Shown one piece after another: positions 36,500 to 45,147 of a DNA stretch of 64,000 nucleotides (position 1 is its first letter; every line of letters begins with the position of its first letter). Below the pieces are notes generated by a model. The model ran no database searches, had not been told where the DNA came from, and saw only the letters and a list, made by a program, of their open reading frames with translations. The DNA lies in IMG/VR virus record IMGVR_UViG_3300029258_002856; one strand, 5' to 3'. The stretch is from a virus. The translations under genes were made by a program, and so were the position numbers.

Positions 36500-38580
36500 T
36501 GGATAAGATTATCCGACTCGAGTCACACTTCCCGCAGACGGGAGAGTTGACGGTACAGCCTGTTCTCCTCTGGGCGAACAACCGCCCGTGTGTTGAGTCG
36601 ATAACTAAGCACGCCAGCGTCGGTCACGCCTACTTCAGGACGATACAGCCGATGCCGGGGCACTCCATCGTGTACGTGCTCGCAGTAAGCAACTGGGAGC
36701 ACTACGGGGAAAACCGTAACGGCGATGGCTTCCCGGAATTCCCGTACAAGGACCACGAGACTCCTCCTTGGATTGCTCCGGAGGACGTGCTCCCACTTCA
36801 CTACAAAACGTTCGAGCAGTTTGGACATAACTACCGTCACCATGCCAACAAGGACCCGAAGAAGGCCGTTGGTAAAGTGATGAAGGCGTTCTGGAATCCC
36901 AGCATGCACCGCGTGGAGCTGCTGGTTGATTTGGAGGACGAGAAAGCTCCGGACCTGGCTGAGCGCATTGCGAACGGGGAGTATCCCCCCGTAAGCATGG
37001 GTACGAAGGTCCCGTACGATGTTTGCACCATCTGCGGCAACCGTGCACCTACCCGAGCACAGTACTGCGACCACTTGAAGTTCCAGATGCGCGAAGTCAT
37101 CAACGGGATGAAGGTGGCGGCCCTCAACCCTCGACCGAAATTTTTTGATATCTCCTGGGTGTTCCGTCCTGCGGACCCAACGGCTTTCATGATGAAGAAA
37201 GTTGCGGAAGACGCGCCCTACGAGTTACTGAGTGGTTCCCAGGCTGGGGATTACCTGGGCGAGATGCAAGAGCGCAAGTTGGCCGCGCATAAGCTGGCGG
37301 TCATCGACAAAGTAGTCCAAGGCCTCCCCGTTGACGCGAAGACTGACGGTATCGATCCCGCGCAGTTGAACAACGTGCGGGGAATGCGCACCATCGTCAT
37401 CATCGCAGGGCAGAACACGCCTTCGTTCCCGGACAATCTACTTCAGAACCTGGCGACGCAGCCTCTCAACCGGGTGCTGTCTTCTCTCTACGCTTCGGGA
37501 ATGACGCTCAACACTCCCGAGTTGATGAAGATTGTCGCGTGCAACGCTGCCCCGGGAATGAAGGTGCCTGAGCGAGCACTCGATAACGGAGTAGCGTTAC
37601 AGCGCAGCATTATCGAACTGTTCGGCGACGCGCCCCAACTTCTCGACAAGTTCGACAAGAGCGCGGCTCTCGACGTGGGTGTAGCGCACATAGACAACGC
37701 TATCATAGACCTTCTTACTCCGTACCGGGAAAAGCGTGCTGGGATTTCCGAGTACCTCAAGCGCCGTCTTGTTCCCGAGAAGTATCGAGAGGAGACCCCC
37801 TATACGTCCCAAATGACAATCACGGACCCGGCCACAGGCTTCACCTACGGGACCACTCGAGGTGCTGCCATCCGGGCGCACGACGAAATAGCCAAACGGA
37901 ACCTCTACAAAGTTCTGGGTGGTGGTGCACTTCTCGGTGGTGCATACAAGCTCCTCTCTACCGGACTGCGACGTGCAGGTTACGGGAAGCTTCGACCCCT
38001 TGCGGGACTCGCGCTTGGTGCTCTTGGGGCCTATCACTGGCCGTCGATGGGGGCGCACTACATGACAGACCAGGGTATTCCGGTTCCTATCACCACGGAG
38101 CTTGCAAAGGTGGGAGCCTTCAACCCCAAGTCCATCGCTCTGCCCCTCTTCGGAACCTTGGGGACTATGGCGCTTCTCGCTCACGACTACGGGTCGCGGA
38201 TGGAGCAAGGTATCCCGATGGGGCACCCGTACCTGCCACTCTCCCGGCGCATACTCGACAAAGTAGAGGCGTTCGCACAAGAACATCCGCTGTTGGCTAC
38301 TGGGATTGGGACGCTGGCACTCCATCGTTTGGGGAAGACGCGACCTTTACAGTTTCTGGGAAAAACGGTAATCCCTAAAGCTACAGATGTTGCACAACGA
38401 GGAATGAGTTCAGTGAAGGACCGCGCTTCTGCGGCGATGAAAGCTTTGGCAGGAGGAGAAACCAAATTGTCGGCGTACATGGAAGACTTGATTCCTGAAC
38501 CGACGGACACGGTGATGCTCCCCGAAGTGGACATTGACAAAGTAGCGGAACGCGTCGGATTTTTGATTGTCGAGGGGTAG
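36499..38580 (+). CDS. Prohead maturation protease (HK97/assemblin-like fold) with long C-terminal extension
   Basis: His (YRHHANKD), Ser (PPVSMGT) and FDISWVFRPADPTA, matching the HK97-type EvSlV..PA motif. CTIC...CDH insert. C-terminal Gly-rich hydrophobic segments. Confidence 0.72.
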   Translation: MDKIIRLESHFPQTGELTVQPVLLWANNRPCVESITKHASVGHAYFRTIQPMPGHSIVYVLAVSNWEHYGENRNGDGFPEFPYKDHETPPWIAPEDVLPLHYKTFEQFGHNYRHHANKDPKKAVGKVMKAFWNPSMHRVELLVDLEDEKAPDLAERIANGEYPPVSMGTKVPYDVCTICGNRAPTRAQYCDHLKFQMREVINGMKVAALNPRPKFFDISWVFRPADPTAFMMKKVAEDAPYELLSGSQAGDYLGEMQERKLAAHKLAVIDKVVQGLPVDAKTDGIDPAQLNNVRGMRTIVIIAGQNTPSFPDNLLQNLATQPLNRVLSSLYASGMTLNTPELMKIVACNAAPGMKVPERALDNGVALQRSIIELFGDAPQLLDKFDKSAALDVGVAHIDNAIIDLLTPYREKRAGISEYLKRRLVPEKYREETPYTSQMTITDPATGFTYGTTRGAAIRAHDEIAKRNLYKVLGGGALLGGAYKLLSTGLRRAGYGKLRPLAGLALGALGAYHWPSMGAHYMTDQGIPVPITTELAKVGAFNPKSIALPLFGTLGTMALLAHDYGSRMEQGIPMGHPYLPLSRRILDKVEAFAQEHPLLATGIGTLALHRLGKTRPLQFLGKTVIPKATDVAQRGMSSVKDRASAAMKALAGGETKLSAYMEDLIPEPTDTVMLPEVDIDKVAERVGFLIVEG

Positions 38581-38581
38581 T

Positions 38582-38613
38582 CCTTGTAGAACAAACGTTT
38601 GCACCCTATTATT
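38582..38613 (+). promoter_or_regulatory. Late promoter motif (capsid operon)
   Basis: CCTTGTAG-N12-CACCCTATTATT, the same layout as 51725-51756 (TTGTAG-N17-TAT.AT/CT). Confidence 0.7.
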
Positions 38614-38644
38614 GGTTGCGAACAACAAAGCGAGGTAGACTGTC

Positions 38645-39337
38645 ATGGCAACTTTGGACCAACTTCTGGGTGATATCGAAAACGCGGAGAAAACCGCAAG
38701 CGCGCAAGCCGACCCCAAAACCGGGGACCAGGCTGCGGCTCAAACGGCCCTCAAGGATGTTCTCGACGAGGCCCAACAGAGCAAGACCGCTTCGGCGGGA
38801 GGCTCCGAGGACCCGGTGGATGCGCTCATGAAAATGGCCGAAGAGCTTGTCGAGTCTGAGAAGGAAGCCGAAGTCGTGCTGGCCGCGCAATGTGGTCGCG
38901 CCTTCGGGGACGCCTTCCTGGAGCAGATTGCTTCGGCGGACGCGGCGGCCAAGGTCGCGGCGGCACAGTACTCCACTGGCGTCTCCGACCCGCAAATCAG
39001 CGATGCGCAGGCTGCGGATATGCTCAAGCAGGCTGCGGCCACGGGCTATGAGCGTGTCCAGCGCCAGCTGGCCCCGGCCAACGACCTCGAGGAGGTCGTC
39101 AAGGTGGCTGCCGCCCAAGGTCAGGAAGAAGAGCTGCTCAAGCTGGCCGCGCAGGAAGGCTACGACGCTGCGGTTGCGGCAATGCAGAAGGAAGCAGCTC
39201 CGACCTTTGACACCGGTCAGCAGCAGGCGTTGCAAGAAGTTCATGATGTCTGTGCGGCCGAGTTCATGAAGGGTGCGCAGGAAGTTGCCATGTTCGCCAA
39301 CCGTGCGGAAGCGGCGCGGCAACAGCAACAGAGGTAA
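38645..39337 (+). CDS. Ala-rich scaffolding-like protein
   Basis: Helical, Ala/Gln/Glu-rich, upstream of the capsid gene, with about 8 K-x-A motifs. Confidence 0.6.
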   Translation: MATLDQLLGDIENAEKTASAQADPKTGDQAAAQTALKDVLDEAQQSKTASAGGSEDPVDALMKMAEELVESEKEAEVVLAAQCGRAFGDAFLEQIASADAAAKVAAAQYSTGVSDPQISDAQAADMLKQAAATGYERVQRQLAPANDLEEVVKVAAAQGQEEELLKLAAQEGYDAAVAAMQKEAAPTFDTGQQQALQEVHDVCAAEFMKGAQEVAMFANRAEAARQQQQR

Positions 39338-39340
39338 CCC

Positions 39341-39466
39341 ATGTACGACGCGGCAACGCGCAAGCAGTACGAGAAGCTCCTCAAGACCGCGATGGAGAGT
39401 CTCGCTCCGCGTTACGGAGTAAAACTCCCCGCGCCAAAGAAGAGCAAGGATAAGCGGGATGCCTAG
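39341..39466 (+). CDS. 41-aa basic protein (not in the ORF track)
   Basis: GAGG RBS; MYDAATRKQYEKLLKTAMESLAPRYGVKLPAPKKSKDKRDA; fills the operon gap. Confidence 0.55.
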   Translation: MYDAATRKQYEKLLKTAMESLAPRYGVKLPAPKKSKDKRDA

Positions 39467-39683
39467 ACTACCGGATGTGAACACCCTTATTCGGCGTGTC
39501 AAGAAGCTGGCTACGACTTCACCGCCAGAAGCCGAGAAGACTGCGGCTCCCGCCGAGAATTTCACCACGGATGTTGCCAAGGACCTGGCCAAGTTCGCGC
39601 AACGGTTGCGGACCCAGCCGGACTCGGGCGATGTAACCTATAACGACGTGCTGTCGTTTGGACGAGGGTTGCTAGACCGATGA
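39459..39683 (+). CDS. Small hypothetical protein
   Basis: Overlapping start and stop with both neighbours; EKTAAP motif. Confidence 0.6.
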   Translation: MPRLPDVNTLIRRVKKLATTSPPEAEKTAAPAENFTTDVAKDLAKFAQRLRTQPDSGDVTYNDVLSFGRGLLDR

Positions 39684-39850
39684 TGACACGAGAAGAAGGC
39701 TTGAAGCTTGCCGAGAGGATGCGAAACCTCGCCGCAGAATATCGGAAAGACGATGCCAAAAAGAAACAGGAGAAGACCGTGAAGTGCGCACAGGTTCTCA
39801 CTGTTGCTCGTGGCGTGTCAGCGTTCAAGAAAATCCTGGCTGGAGGATAG
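39680..39850 (+). CDS. 56-aa hypothetical protein (not in the ORF track)
   Basis: ATGA overlap; MMTREEGLKLAERMRNLAAEYRKDDAKKKQEKTVKCAQVLTVARGVSAFKKILAGG. Confidence 0.6.
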   Translation: MMTREEGLKLAERMRNLAAEYRKDDAKKKQEKTVKCAQVLTVARGVSAFKKILAGG

Positions 39851-39855
39851 TCACC

Positions 39856-40197
39856 ATGGCGCAAGTAACGAATGAAGAAGCGGCCCTGGTTTTGGAGAAG
39901 GCCGCGGAGTTCATTGAGTCTCTCGTTTCCGAGCGGGAGAAGGAGGCTCAAGCGGCGCGGACCAAACGTGCCAGTGCTCTTGCGGAGTCTATCGCTCAAG
40001 CCACGGGCGAAGAGCTCGAAGCTGAGGTTGTCGAGAAGATTGCGGACCTCCCCGAGGTTGCGGGTATCTTCGACAAGCTCGCAGGGTCCGGACTCGTGGA
40101 TTCCATGGGGGGTCCCGAAGAGGACAAAGTAGTCAAGACTGCTTCTGGTAGCCTGTCGCCGGAAGACCAGAAGTTCTTGGATTGGGTAAACGGCTAA
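39856..40197 (+). CDS. Scaffold-like helical protein
   Basis: Start at MAQVTNEE after GGAGG; acidic coiled coil with VKTASG near the C-terminus. Confidence 0.65.
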   Translation: MAQVTNEEAALVLEKAAEFIESLVSEREKEAQAARTKRASALAESIAQATGEELEAEVVEKIADLPEVAGIFDKLAGSGLVDSMGGPEEDKVVKTASGSLSPEDQKFLDWVNG

Positions 40198-40213
40198 GTA
40201 GGAGGGATGCGCA

Positions 40214-40726
40214 ATGACATTGCTCAACTCGAAGTTTGATGTCGACACGCACGATCCTCACGCTTGCGCGCTTGCAAGTTTGATGCTCGTGCTCGACGTC
40301 AAGAATCCCCCCGCGCCGAGTGCCAGCGGTACTCCCACTCCCGGGAATATCGGGCCTGGTTCCATCGTCATCATGGACACCGACGGGAAAGCGATTTTGG
40401 CGGACAACGACGACGCCAAGACCAATGCTCCCGCGATGTTCTTCGTGGCGGTGGACGGTGACCAAGACCTCGACGGTGCCTTCGTGCACAAAATCACTTG
40501 CATCCAGGGTGGGTGCGAGATGACCGTCGAGAACTACGTCACTGGTGCATACCAGCCCGGAGACCTCCTGACGTGTGGGCATGCTGGTGGCTCTTCAGTG
40601 GGGCAGTGGCGTAAGGCTGCGTCTGGCGAACAGATTTACGGCGTTGTCGGTCCTCGGGGCCTCGACACCGTGAACAACACGCTCGACGTGTTTCTCCCCC
40701 AGGGTATTTCCCCGGCGGTGCCATAG
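40214..40726 (+). CDS. Putative capsid decoration/cement protein
   Basis: Beta-rich 170-aa protein immediately before the capsid gene, with strongly biased codons. Confidence 0.5.
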   Translation: MTLLNSKFDVDTHDPHACALASLMLVLDVKNPPAPSASGTPTPGNIGPGSIVIMDTDGKAILADNDDAKTNAPAMFFVAVDGDQDLDGAFVHKITCIQGGCEMTVENYVTGAYQPGDLLTCGHAGGSSVGQWRKAASGEQIYGVVGPRGLDTVNNTLDVFLPQGISPAVP

Positions 40727-40736
40727 GAGGTAAGCC

Positions 40737-41657
40737 ATGACACAGCAATACATGGTTGAAAACCCCGAGGTTACCGCGCAGTACGTCAACTCGAACTTCG
40801 TCCGGAAGATCGAGGAAGGGCGTACCAAGGAAGCCGAGGCGGAGAGTTCGGCGTTCATCCGCGACAAGCTGCGCCAGGAGGCTGCCGTCCGCGAACTTAT
40901 CATCCCGCAGGGAATCTCCGAGGAAGAGATTGACCGGGACGAGTTTACGGACCAGCCGAAGAAGATCGTGGACAAGGAGCCCGACTCGGTGGCCACGTTC
41001 GTGCAGTTCCAGGGCACGGGCCGTCGCACCTGGTTCCGCGGCAAGCGGTACGCCGTGTACTTCGGCAAAGTGGAGTCGCAACGCTTCACCAAGTCGAAGT
41101 TCGAGCTGATGACGTACACCAGCGACATTCGCAAGATTCTTTCGGACAACTCCGTCAAGGACATGGCGGACGAGGAAGACAAGAAATTCTACGAGCTGGT
41201 GAACGACATCATCGTGGCGGCTGCGGGCGCGCAGACCACGACCGGCCCGTTCCAGAGCGCGACGTTCAAGGCTGCTATGCAGTCCCTGCTGGACCGTCGT
41301 CGCCCGGTGGGCAAGCTCCTCATGACGAAATCCCGCTACATGGACGCCATCGACCTTCCGGCGACTACGGTCGGTGACGTGATTGCTCAGCGGCACTTCG
41401 ATGAGGGCATCGAGGCTTCCCAGAAGCTGTGGGGTCTCCCCGTGGTGACCACCATCAAGTCCGACATCTATCCGGGGAACAAGGCGTGGGTCTTCTCTCC
41501 GCAGATGCCGAACAACTTCCTGGGGAACTTCTTCCTGTTGCAGGACGCTACCCTGTACATCAAGCAGGAAGCCGACATCATTTCGTTCTGGAGCTACGAG
41601 GCTCTGGGCATTGGTATCGGCAACCGGCTGTCGATGCAGGAAATCACCTTCCCGTAG
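40737..41657 (+). CDS. Major capsid protein (probable HK97 fold)
   Basis: 306 aa, strong GGAGGT RBS, extreme GC3 bias. Position after protease/scaffold genes and before neck genes. LWGLPVV motif near the C-terminus. Confidence 0.72.
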   Translation: MTQQYMVENPEVTAQYVNSNFVRKIEEGRTKEAEAESSAFIRDKLRQEAAVRELIIPQGISEEEIDRDEFTDQPKKIVDKEPDSVATFVQFQGTGRRTWFRGKRYAVYFGKVESQRFTKSKFELMTYTSDIRKILSDNSVKDMADEEDKKFYELVNDIIVAAAGAQTTTGPFQSATFKAAMQSLLDRRRPVGKLLMTKSRYMDAIDLPATTVGDVIAQRHFDEGIEASQKLWGLPVVTTIKSDIYPGNKAWVFSPQMPNNFLGNFFLLQDATLYIKQEADIISFWSYEALGIGIGNRLSMQEITFP

Positions 41658-41679
41658 GAAGTGAGGAGGCGCGGCTGTC

Positions 41680-42192
41680 ATGATGAAGAAGCTACGCAAT
41701 ACATCGGGTAAGCGTCTGAACTTCCCCATCCGGGGGAGTGACGGAAAGCGTCTGCGTTTCGAAGTCGGCGAGGAAAAATTCGTCACTGCTGCCACGGTCA
41801 AGCATCCCGCCGTGTCCACGTACATCGGCAAGGGGCTTCAGCTGGTGGAGGACGACTCGTCAACAGCGCCGAAGACAAAAGAGCTGGAAGTGGAAGCACC
41901 TCCTGCTCCTCCAAAGACCCCGGAACCTGAACCAACCTCGGAGAACGAGCCGAGCACGGATGAGGAGCCGGGTGATACTGAGGAACCGGCCGATGCAAAG
42001 AACGCAGTGACGGATGACCTTCGGGAGCTGTACCTTTCGGCACCCGGAATCACCGATGAGAATGTCGATGCGATTCTCGAGGCGTTCCCGACGGTAGCTG
42101 CTATCGCCGACGCCAGCCGCGACATCCTGGTTGAGGCCGGGGTGACTCTCTCGTACGCGAAGCGTCTCCGCAACTGGGCTCGCTCCCAGTAA
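41680..42192 (+). CDS. Protein with acidic Pro-rich linker and C-terminal helix-hairpin-helix-like domain
   Basis: SAPGITDENVDAILEAFPTVAAIADASRDIL..AGV resembles tandem HhH motifs. Confidence 0.55.
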   Translation: MMKKLRNTSGKRLNFPIRGSDGKRLRFEVGEEKFVTAATVKHPAVSTYIGKGLQLVEDDSSTAPKTKELEVEAPPAPPKTPEPEPTSENEPSTDEEPGDTEEPADAKNAVTDDLRELYLSAPGITDENVDAILEAFPTVAAIADASRDILVEAGVTLSYAKRLRNWARSQ

Positions 42193-42197
42193 GTTCC

Positions 42198-42226
42198 TTT
42201 TCCACACACGTCTCTTCCCCTACAAT
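42198..42226 (+). promoter_or_regulatory. Late promoter motif
   Basis: TTTTCC-N17-TACAAT (CCC-TACAAT-T), 34 nt before 42260. Confidence 0.55.
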
Positions 42227-42259
42227 TAGGTAGTTCTACACTCCTGTAAGGAGCTCAAT

Positions 42260-42529
42260 ATGTCTGTAGCTGTAGACCACAATTTTCCGCACGATGGCGA
42301 CATGTTAATCGTGAATGCATCGGGTGATCCGATAGAGGGTGTAGTTATTCGAATATTTGAACATACGAAGTTCTTTCAGAATGACGTGGATACCTGGGTG
42401 GGAGAAACCATCACCGATGCTAATGGAGAGTGGGTCGACCCCATCTATCTGCCGGAAGCACAAAACTGGGTCGTGCATTTCCAAAAGGCCGCGGAGTATG
42501 GCCCAGACCACGTGGAGATTACGACGTAA
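42260..42529 (+). CDS. Small beta-sandwich protein (prealbumin/carboxypeptidase-regulatory-like)
   Basis: GDPIEGVVIRIF...ETITDANGEW pattern. Confidence 0.55.
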   Translation: MSVAVDHNFPHDGDMLIVNASGDPIEGVVIRIFEHTKFFQNDVDTWVGETITDANGEWVDPIYLPEAQNWVVHFQKAAEYGPDHVEITT

Positions 42530-43056
42530 TGTACTCGGCGTTGCTGGTGGGGGCGGGTATCCTCATCATCATCCTCGTGGTGATGTTTCATTTTCGCATG
42601 CTCCTCTACCGTCATACCCAACTCGTGAAAAAGAAGGATAGCATCCCGCCGCCAGTTGAAGACGGAAATTTGGAGAAGCTCCAAGAGCTGACCTCGAAGC
42701 TTGAAAAGAGGGATAGCGCCCTTTACAAGAGTGACTTCCGGTTCAAGGCAGTGGCGGACATCGCGTTCTGTGGGATATTCATCCATAAAGATGGGGTCGT
42801 GGCCTTTGCTAACGAGACCTTTGCAGAGTTGGTAGGCCTTTCAGTCGGAGAAGTAGTAGGCCGCGATTGCATGGATTGGGTGCACACCGAAGACGTCTTC
42901 AAGGTGGAGAACCACATCCAGCAGAACACCCAACGGGCAATCCACATTCGATTGAAAACTTTCCGGGGGGTCTATGAGCGCGTACGAACCCGGGGGCAGA
43001 ACATTTACTACCCGGGAATCGGAGACTGTCGTATTGTAGCTGTAGCGGAGCTGTGA
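42529..43056 (+). CDS. Membrane-anchored PAS-domain protein
   Basis: ATG overlaps the upstream TAA. N-terminal TM ALLVGAGILIIILVVMF, coiled coil, then RFKAVADIAFCGIFIHKDGVVAFANETFAELVG...VVGRDCMDWVHTED. Confidence 0.75.
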   Translation: MYSALLVGAGILIIILVVMFHFRMLLYRHTQLVKKKDSIPPPVEDGNLEKLQELTSKLEKRDSALYKSDFRFKAVADIAFCGIFIHKDGVVAFANETFAELVGLSVGEVVGRDCMDWVHTEDVFKVENHIQQNTQRAIHIRLKTFRGVYERVRTRGQNIYYPGIGDCRIVAVAEL

Positions 43057-43057
43057 C

Positions 43058-43315
43058 ATGGGTGATGGGCGCGAACTGACTGGACCTGTTGACCTCAACC
43101 CCGAGAGTTGGGGCGCGTGGAGACACCACATTCTCAAGGAGATAAAACGCCTTGGTGAACGCCAGGAAGCACTTAACACAACTCTGACTAAAATTCATAT
43201 TGAGCTTGCGATGCTCAAAGTGAAGTCCGGGATATGGGGCTTGATTGGTGGGGCGATACCCGTCATCATTGGTCTCGTATTTTTCGTTTTGAAAATCTGG
43301 ACCAAAGCAGAGTGA
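43058..43315 (+). CDS. Holin-like protein (XhlA-like layout)
   Basis: Short coiled coil followed by a single C-terminal TM, IWGLIGGAIPVIIGLVFFVL. Confidence 0.5.
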   Translation: MGDGRELTGPVDLNPESWGAWRHHILKEIKRLGERQEALNTTLTKIHIELAMLKVKSGIWGLIGGAIPVIIGLVFFVLKIWTKAE

Positions 43316-43322
43316 GGGAGCC

Positions 43323-43790
43323 ATGGAAATCATCGTAGGGAACAACCCAATCGCCGTTCGGCAGGAACTCCTTGCCGCACAACAACTCCTCGGCGATGCC
43401 CCAGAGCTTTCGGGGACCGCGCTGGTCATCGTGGCCAACGACGGGGAGATTTACAAATACGGCGATGAGAGCACGCAGGCAGTAGTCGCGGGGGATAAGG
43501 GCGGCGAATTTGCTTTCGGGTTATCCGAAGCCGTGTTGCTCCTGGAAGTTCACGCAGAGCTTGGAAGTGGAAGTGTCATCACCGTCAAGGTAGTTGACTC
43601 AGATGACGCACATCCGAGGGTAGAACTTGTGGGACAATCCGGAGACGGGAAGTCTTACCGCTTTTCCGCCCTCGACAAGGTGTACTTACTCCCGGGCCAG
43701 AAGCTTGTTGTGGAAGAAACTACTTCGGGCGTACCAACGGCGGGAGATAAGTACGTCACCGTGTACGTCGCTAAGCAACGGGCATACTAA
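43323..43790 (+). CDS. Hypothetical virion protein
   Basis: GAGGGAG RBS, beta-rich, coupled to the next gene. Confidence 0.6.
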   Translation: MEIIVGNNPIAVRQELLAAQQLLGDAPELSGTALVIVANDGEIYKYGDESTQAVVAGDKGGEFAFGLSEAVLLLEVHAELGSGSVITVKVVDSDDAHPRVELVGQSGDGKSYRFSALDKVYLLPGQKLVVEETTSGVPTAGDKYVTVYVAKQRAY

Positions 43791-44263
43791 TGGCAGTCAC
43801 GCTAATCCAGAACCGGGTGCCGTTGACTACCGACGACATCCGCGCGTTCTTGCGTGACCAGCCGAAGTACAACCCTCTTTTGCTCGACGGGATTGAGTTT
43901 ACCGACGACGATATCACTAAAGCTATCGGCTTGGCAGTTGCCAAATACGATGCGCTAACGCCCATCAGCCAATCTCCCCGGAGCGGGGAAACTCTCAACG
44001 AGTACGTGCTGCTCTGTGGCGTGTGCGCCATCTTGATGCGCTCGGAGGGTAATCGCCAGCTCCGGAATCAGGTGACCGCACAGGACGGCAACATCGCTCC
44101 GGTCGGACTTGACGAGAAGCAAGCGCTCTACTCCCAGTGGGCGGATTACTACCAGAAGGAGTTCGACTTCCACGCACGTCAAATCAAGACTCAGATAAAC
44201 CTCGAGTCATGCTACGGAGGCTTCAGCTCCGGCTACCGGTACATTGGTAGGTACACCGTATGA
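43790..44263 (+). CDS. Putative head-tail adaptor
   Basis: Helical 157-aa protein after the capsid module; DIRAFLRD...FTDDDI pattern. Confidence 0.5.
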   Translation: MAVTLIQNRVPLTTDDIRAFLRDQPKYNPLLLDGIEFTDDDITKAIGLAVAKYDALTPISQSPRSGETLNEYVLLCGVCAILMRSEGNRQLRNQVTAQDGNIAPVGLDEKQALYSQWADYYQKEFDFHARQIKTQINLESCYGGFSSGYRYIGRYTV

Positions 44264-45147
44264 CGCATGGGACTCCCCATTCGGTCGTGGCGCATAAACA
44301 GTTCTCCCCTGTGGAGACGCGTAATGCTCCTTTGCGCATTGCGTACACCCGCAAGTACATCATGTGGCCGAGGCGCGTATTTTTGCAGTGGTTAATCAGG
44401 AATCCGAAGCCCGCCACAAATTTCCAATTCCAAGTTTATCGGTCGGGAAGTCCCGAAGGTGAGTGGGAGCACATCGGTGTCGACCTCGATGATGTTTACT
44501 ACTTCGTCGATGAGGACTTCGCCGGGGACGCTGAATCCCCCGACCTTTTTTCCATCTTGCGTACTCTCTACTACAAAGTCACGGTGGTGGGCTCCGACAG
44601 CAGCACTGCGGAAGTCATCGAGAACACCGGTCCTTGGCTAGATAGACGTCGTGCGGGTCTCCATCGAAAGCTCGTACGGGATGCTCATCGCGCCCTGCAA
44701 GTTGCCAACGGTACTGAAGTAGCAGTCTTTAAAAAGCGCCGATGGGGAGAACTCTGTGACTGCCTGTCCTCCACAGGACAACCCACACAGTCGCACTGTT
44801 CCACGTGCTACGGAACTAAGTATAAGGGAGGCTACTGGAATCCCGTCTACACCTACGCATGGCGCGGGACACGACCGGTAAGTGTTCAGGCCGCTCTTCA
44901 AGGGGAAGTGGAAATACGCAAGATAAACGTGATAATGCCGAATGTCCCCCAGGTTGAGCCGGGAGACTTCTTGGCCTTCTTACGTGATGGTAGGCGTTAC
45001 ACCGTAAAGGAAGCATTGCCGACACAGATACATAACGTGGATGTGCACCAGGAGTTGGTGGTCTCGGAACTGAACCCCTCCTCCGTGGAGTTTGGATTGG
45101 ACATCGGTCCTTGGGAAGACCCTTGCTGGTGGGTGACCAATGAGTAA
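44260..45147 (+). CDS. Putative neck/head-closure protein
   Basis: CDC...CSTCYGT..GG zinc motif followed by a beta-rich VEPGDF...RRYTV segment. Confidence 0.5.
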   Translation: MTHGTPHSVVAHKQFSPVETRNAPLRIAYTRKYIMWPRRVFLQWLIRNPKPATNFQFQVYRSGSPEGEWEHIGVDLDDVYYFVDEDFAGDAESPDLFSILRTLYYKVTVVGSDSSTAEVIENTGPWLDRRRAGLHRKLVRDAHRALQVANGTEVAVFKKRRWGELCDCLSSTGQPTQSHCSTCYGTKYKGGYWNPVYTYAWRGTRPVSVQAALQGEVEIRKINVIMPNVPQVEPGDFLAFLRDGRRYTVKEALPTQIHNVDVHQELVVSELNPSSVEFGLDIGPWEDPCWWVTNE

